Part shown: positions 63,158 to 64,000 of the stretch, in pieces
Layout of the letters: each line of letters opens with the position of its first letter
How positions within the stretch are numbered: the stretch's first letter is position 1
Origin: an uncultured Rhodobacteraceae bacterium
Lineage (GTDB): Bacteria > Pseudomonadota > Alphaproteobacteria > Rhodobacterales > Rhodobacteraceae
DNA length: 64,000 nucleotides
NCBI GenBank assembly: GCA_937872465.1
Contig: CALMSR010000040.1
Location: forward strand, 78,279-142,278
Direction of reading: 5' to 3'
Position numbers and translations under genes: made by a program
Notes under the pieces: model-generated
Told to the model about the DNA's origin: nothing
The model's input: the letters and a program-made list of their open reading frames with translations, nothing else
Databases searched by the model: none

Positions 63158-64000
63158 ATGGCCCTGCGCTACTGGCTCGTCCTCCTGTCGATCGGGACGG
63201 CCTTCGGCGCCTCCTTCGCCTTCAACGCCGTCCTGCTGCACAGCTACGGGCCGCTGACCGTCTCGACCCTGCGCGTCGCGATCGGCGCCGCGGGATGCTG
63301 GGCCTTCGTGCTCGCGACCGGGCGCCGCGCGACATTCACGGGAAGGGGCTTCGCCGGGATCGCGATCCTCGGCGTCTTCCAGTTCGCCGCGCCCTTCGCG
63401 ATCCTGCCGCTGGCGCAGCAGCACATCACCTCGTCGACCGCCGGCATCGCCAATGCGCTCACGCCGGTCGCCACGGTCCTCGTCGCGCATCTCTCGCGCG
63501 GCGGCGAGCGCGCGACGGCGGGCAAGCTCTGGGGCTGCGCGCTCGGCGTCGCCGGAATCGTCCTCCTGACGATGCGCGGTGCCGAAGCCGGCGGATCCGA
63601 TCCACGCTTCGTGCTGGTCGCGCTGGCGGCACCCTTCTGCTACGGGATCGCGCTGAATTTCGTCCGCCGCTTCGCCGGGCTCGACCCGGTGGTCCTCATC
63701 GCCTGGGCGATGACCGGGGGCGCGCTCGCCATCGCCCCGGTCGCCCTTTCGGTGGAGGGGATCCCGGCGATGCCGGACCTCCGCGCGGCCGCGGCGCTGG
63801 CCACCATCGGAATCGGGCTCACCTCCGCGACCTTCATCGCGATGTATTCGATCCTTCCGGCGGTCGGGGCCACGAACCTGTCGCTCGTGACCTTCGTCGC
63901 GCCGATCTCGGCGACGTTCCTCGGCGTGCTCGCTTTCGGCGAGGCGCTCGGCCTCCATCAGCTGGGCGGCATGGCCCTGATCCTCGCGGGGCTCCTGACC
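63158..64000 (+). CDS. EamA/DMT family transporter, 3' end beyond window
   Basis: Not in the ORF track. My translation: MALRYWLVLLSIGTAFGASFAFNAV..GPLTVSTLRVAIG...ITSSTAGIANALTP...GATNLSLVTFVAPISA... Confidence 0.88.
   Translation, partial: MALRYWLVLLSIGTAFGASFAFNAVLLHSYGPLTVSTLRVAIGAAGCWAFVLATGRRATFTGRGFAGIAILGVFQFAAPFAILPLAQQHITSSTAGIANALTPVATVLVAHLSRGGERATAGKLWGCALGVAGIVLLTMRGAEAGGSDPRFVLVALAAPFCYGIALNFVRRFAGLDPVVLIAWAMTGGALAIAPVALSVEGIPAMPDLRAAAALATIGIGLTSATFIAMYSILPAVGATNLSLVTFVAPISATFLGVLAFGEALGLHQLGGMALILAGLLT

Overview
High-GC alphaproteobacterial (Rhodobacterales-like) chromosomal window. The taxonomic hints are a class I LysRS, the aroA-cmk-rpsA-sppA-ihfB-lapA-trpF-trpB block and two perfect CtrA boxes. 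Layout: (1) 1-9.1 kb housekeeping genes plus a window-truncated secreted Gly/Ser/Asp-rich protein. (2) 9.2-21.7 kb mixed genes. These include a small AT-richer cassette downstream of ettA, where a BrnT/BrnA toxin-antitoxin pair and an orphan PD-(D/E)xK nuclease are separated by a diverged 183-bp copy of the ettA 3' end, with no integrase. (3) 21.8-48.2 kb oxalate/formate (C1) region: gntR-oxc-frc-formyltransferase-like-fhs-usp-tctCBA, then an IS3 element and a TetR/Gfo/DUF993/isomerase sugar cassette, then a zeta-like P-loop protein, lysR, a two-subunit NAD-dependent formate dehydrogenase and a PanE-like reductase. (4) 48.4-56.3 kb sugar-acid catabolism and a TRAP transporter. (5) 56.3-64 kb two regulators sharing a recently duplicated winged-helix module, divergent from an osmC-DUF1127-two flavoprotein-EamA operon. 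The strongest novelty candidates are (a) an ALDH1L1-hydrolase-like formyltransferase between frc and fhs, possibly a formyl-CoA/10-formyl-THF transferase, within an oxalate pathway that appears to use a TTT importer, and (b) the ettA-tail cassette hotspot. All calls come from manual motif recognition; no database searches were run.
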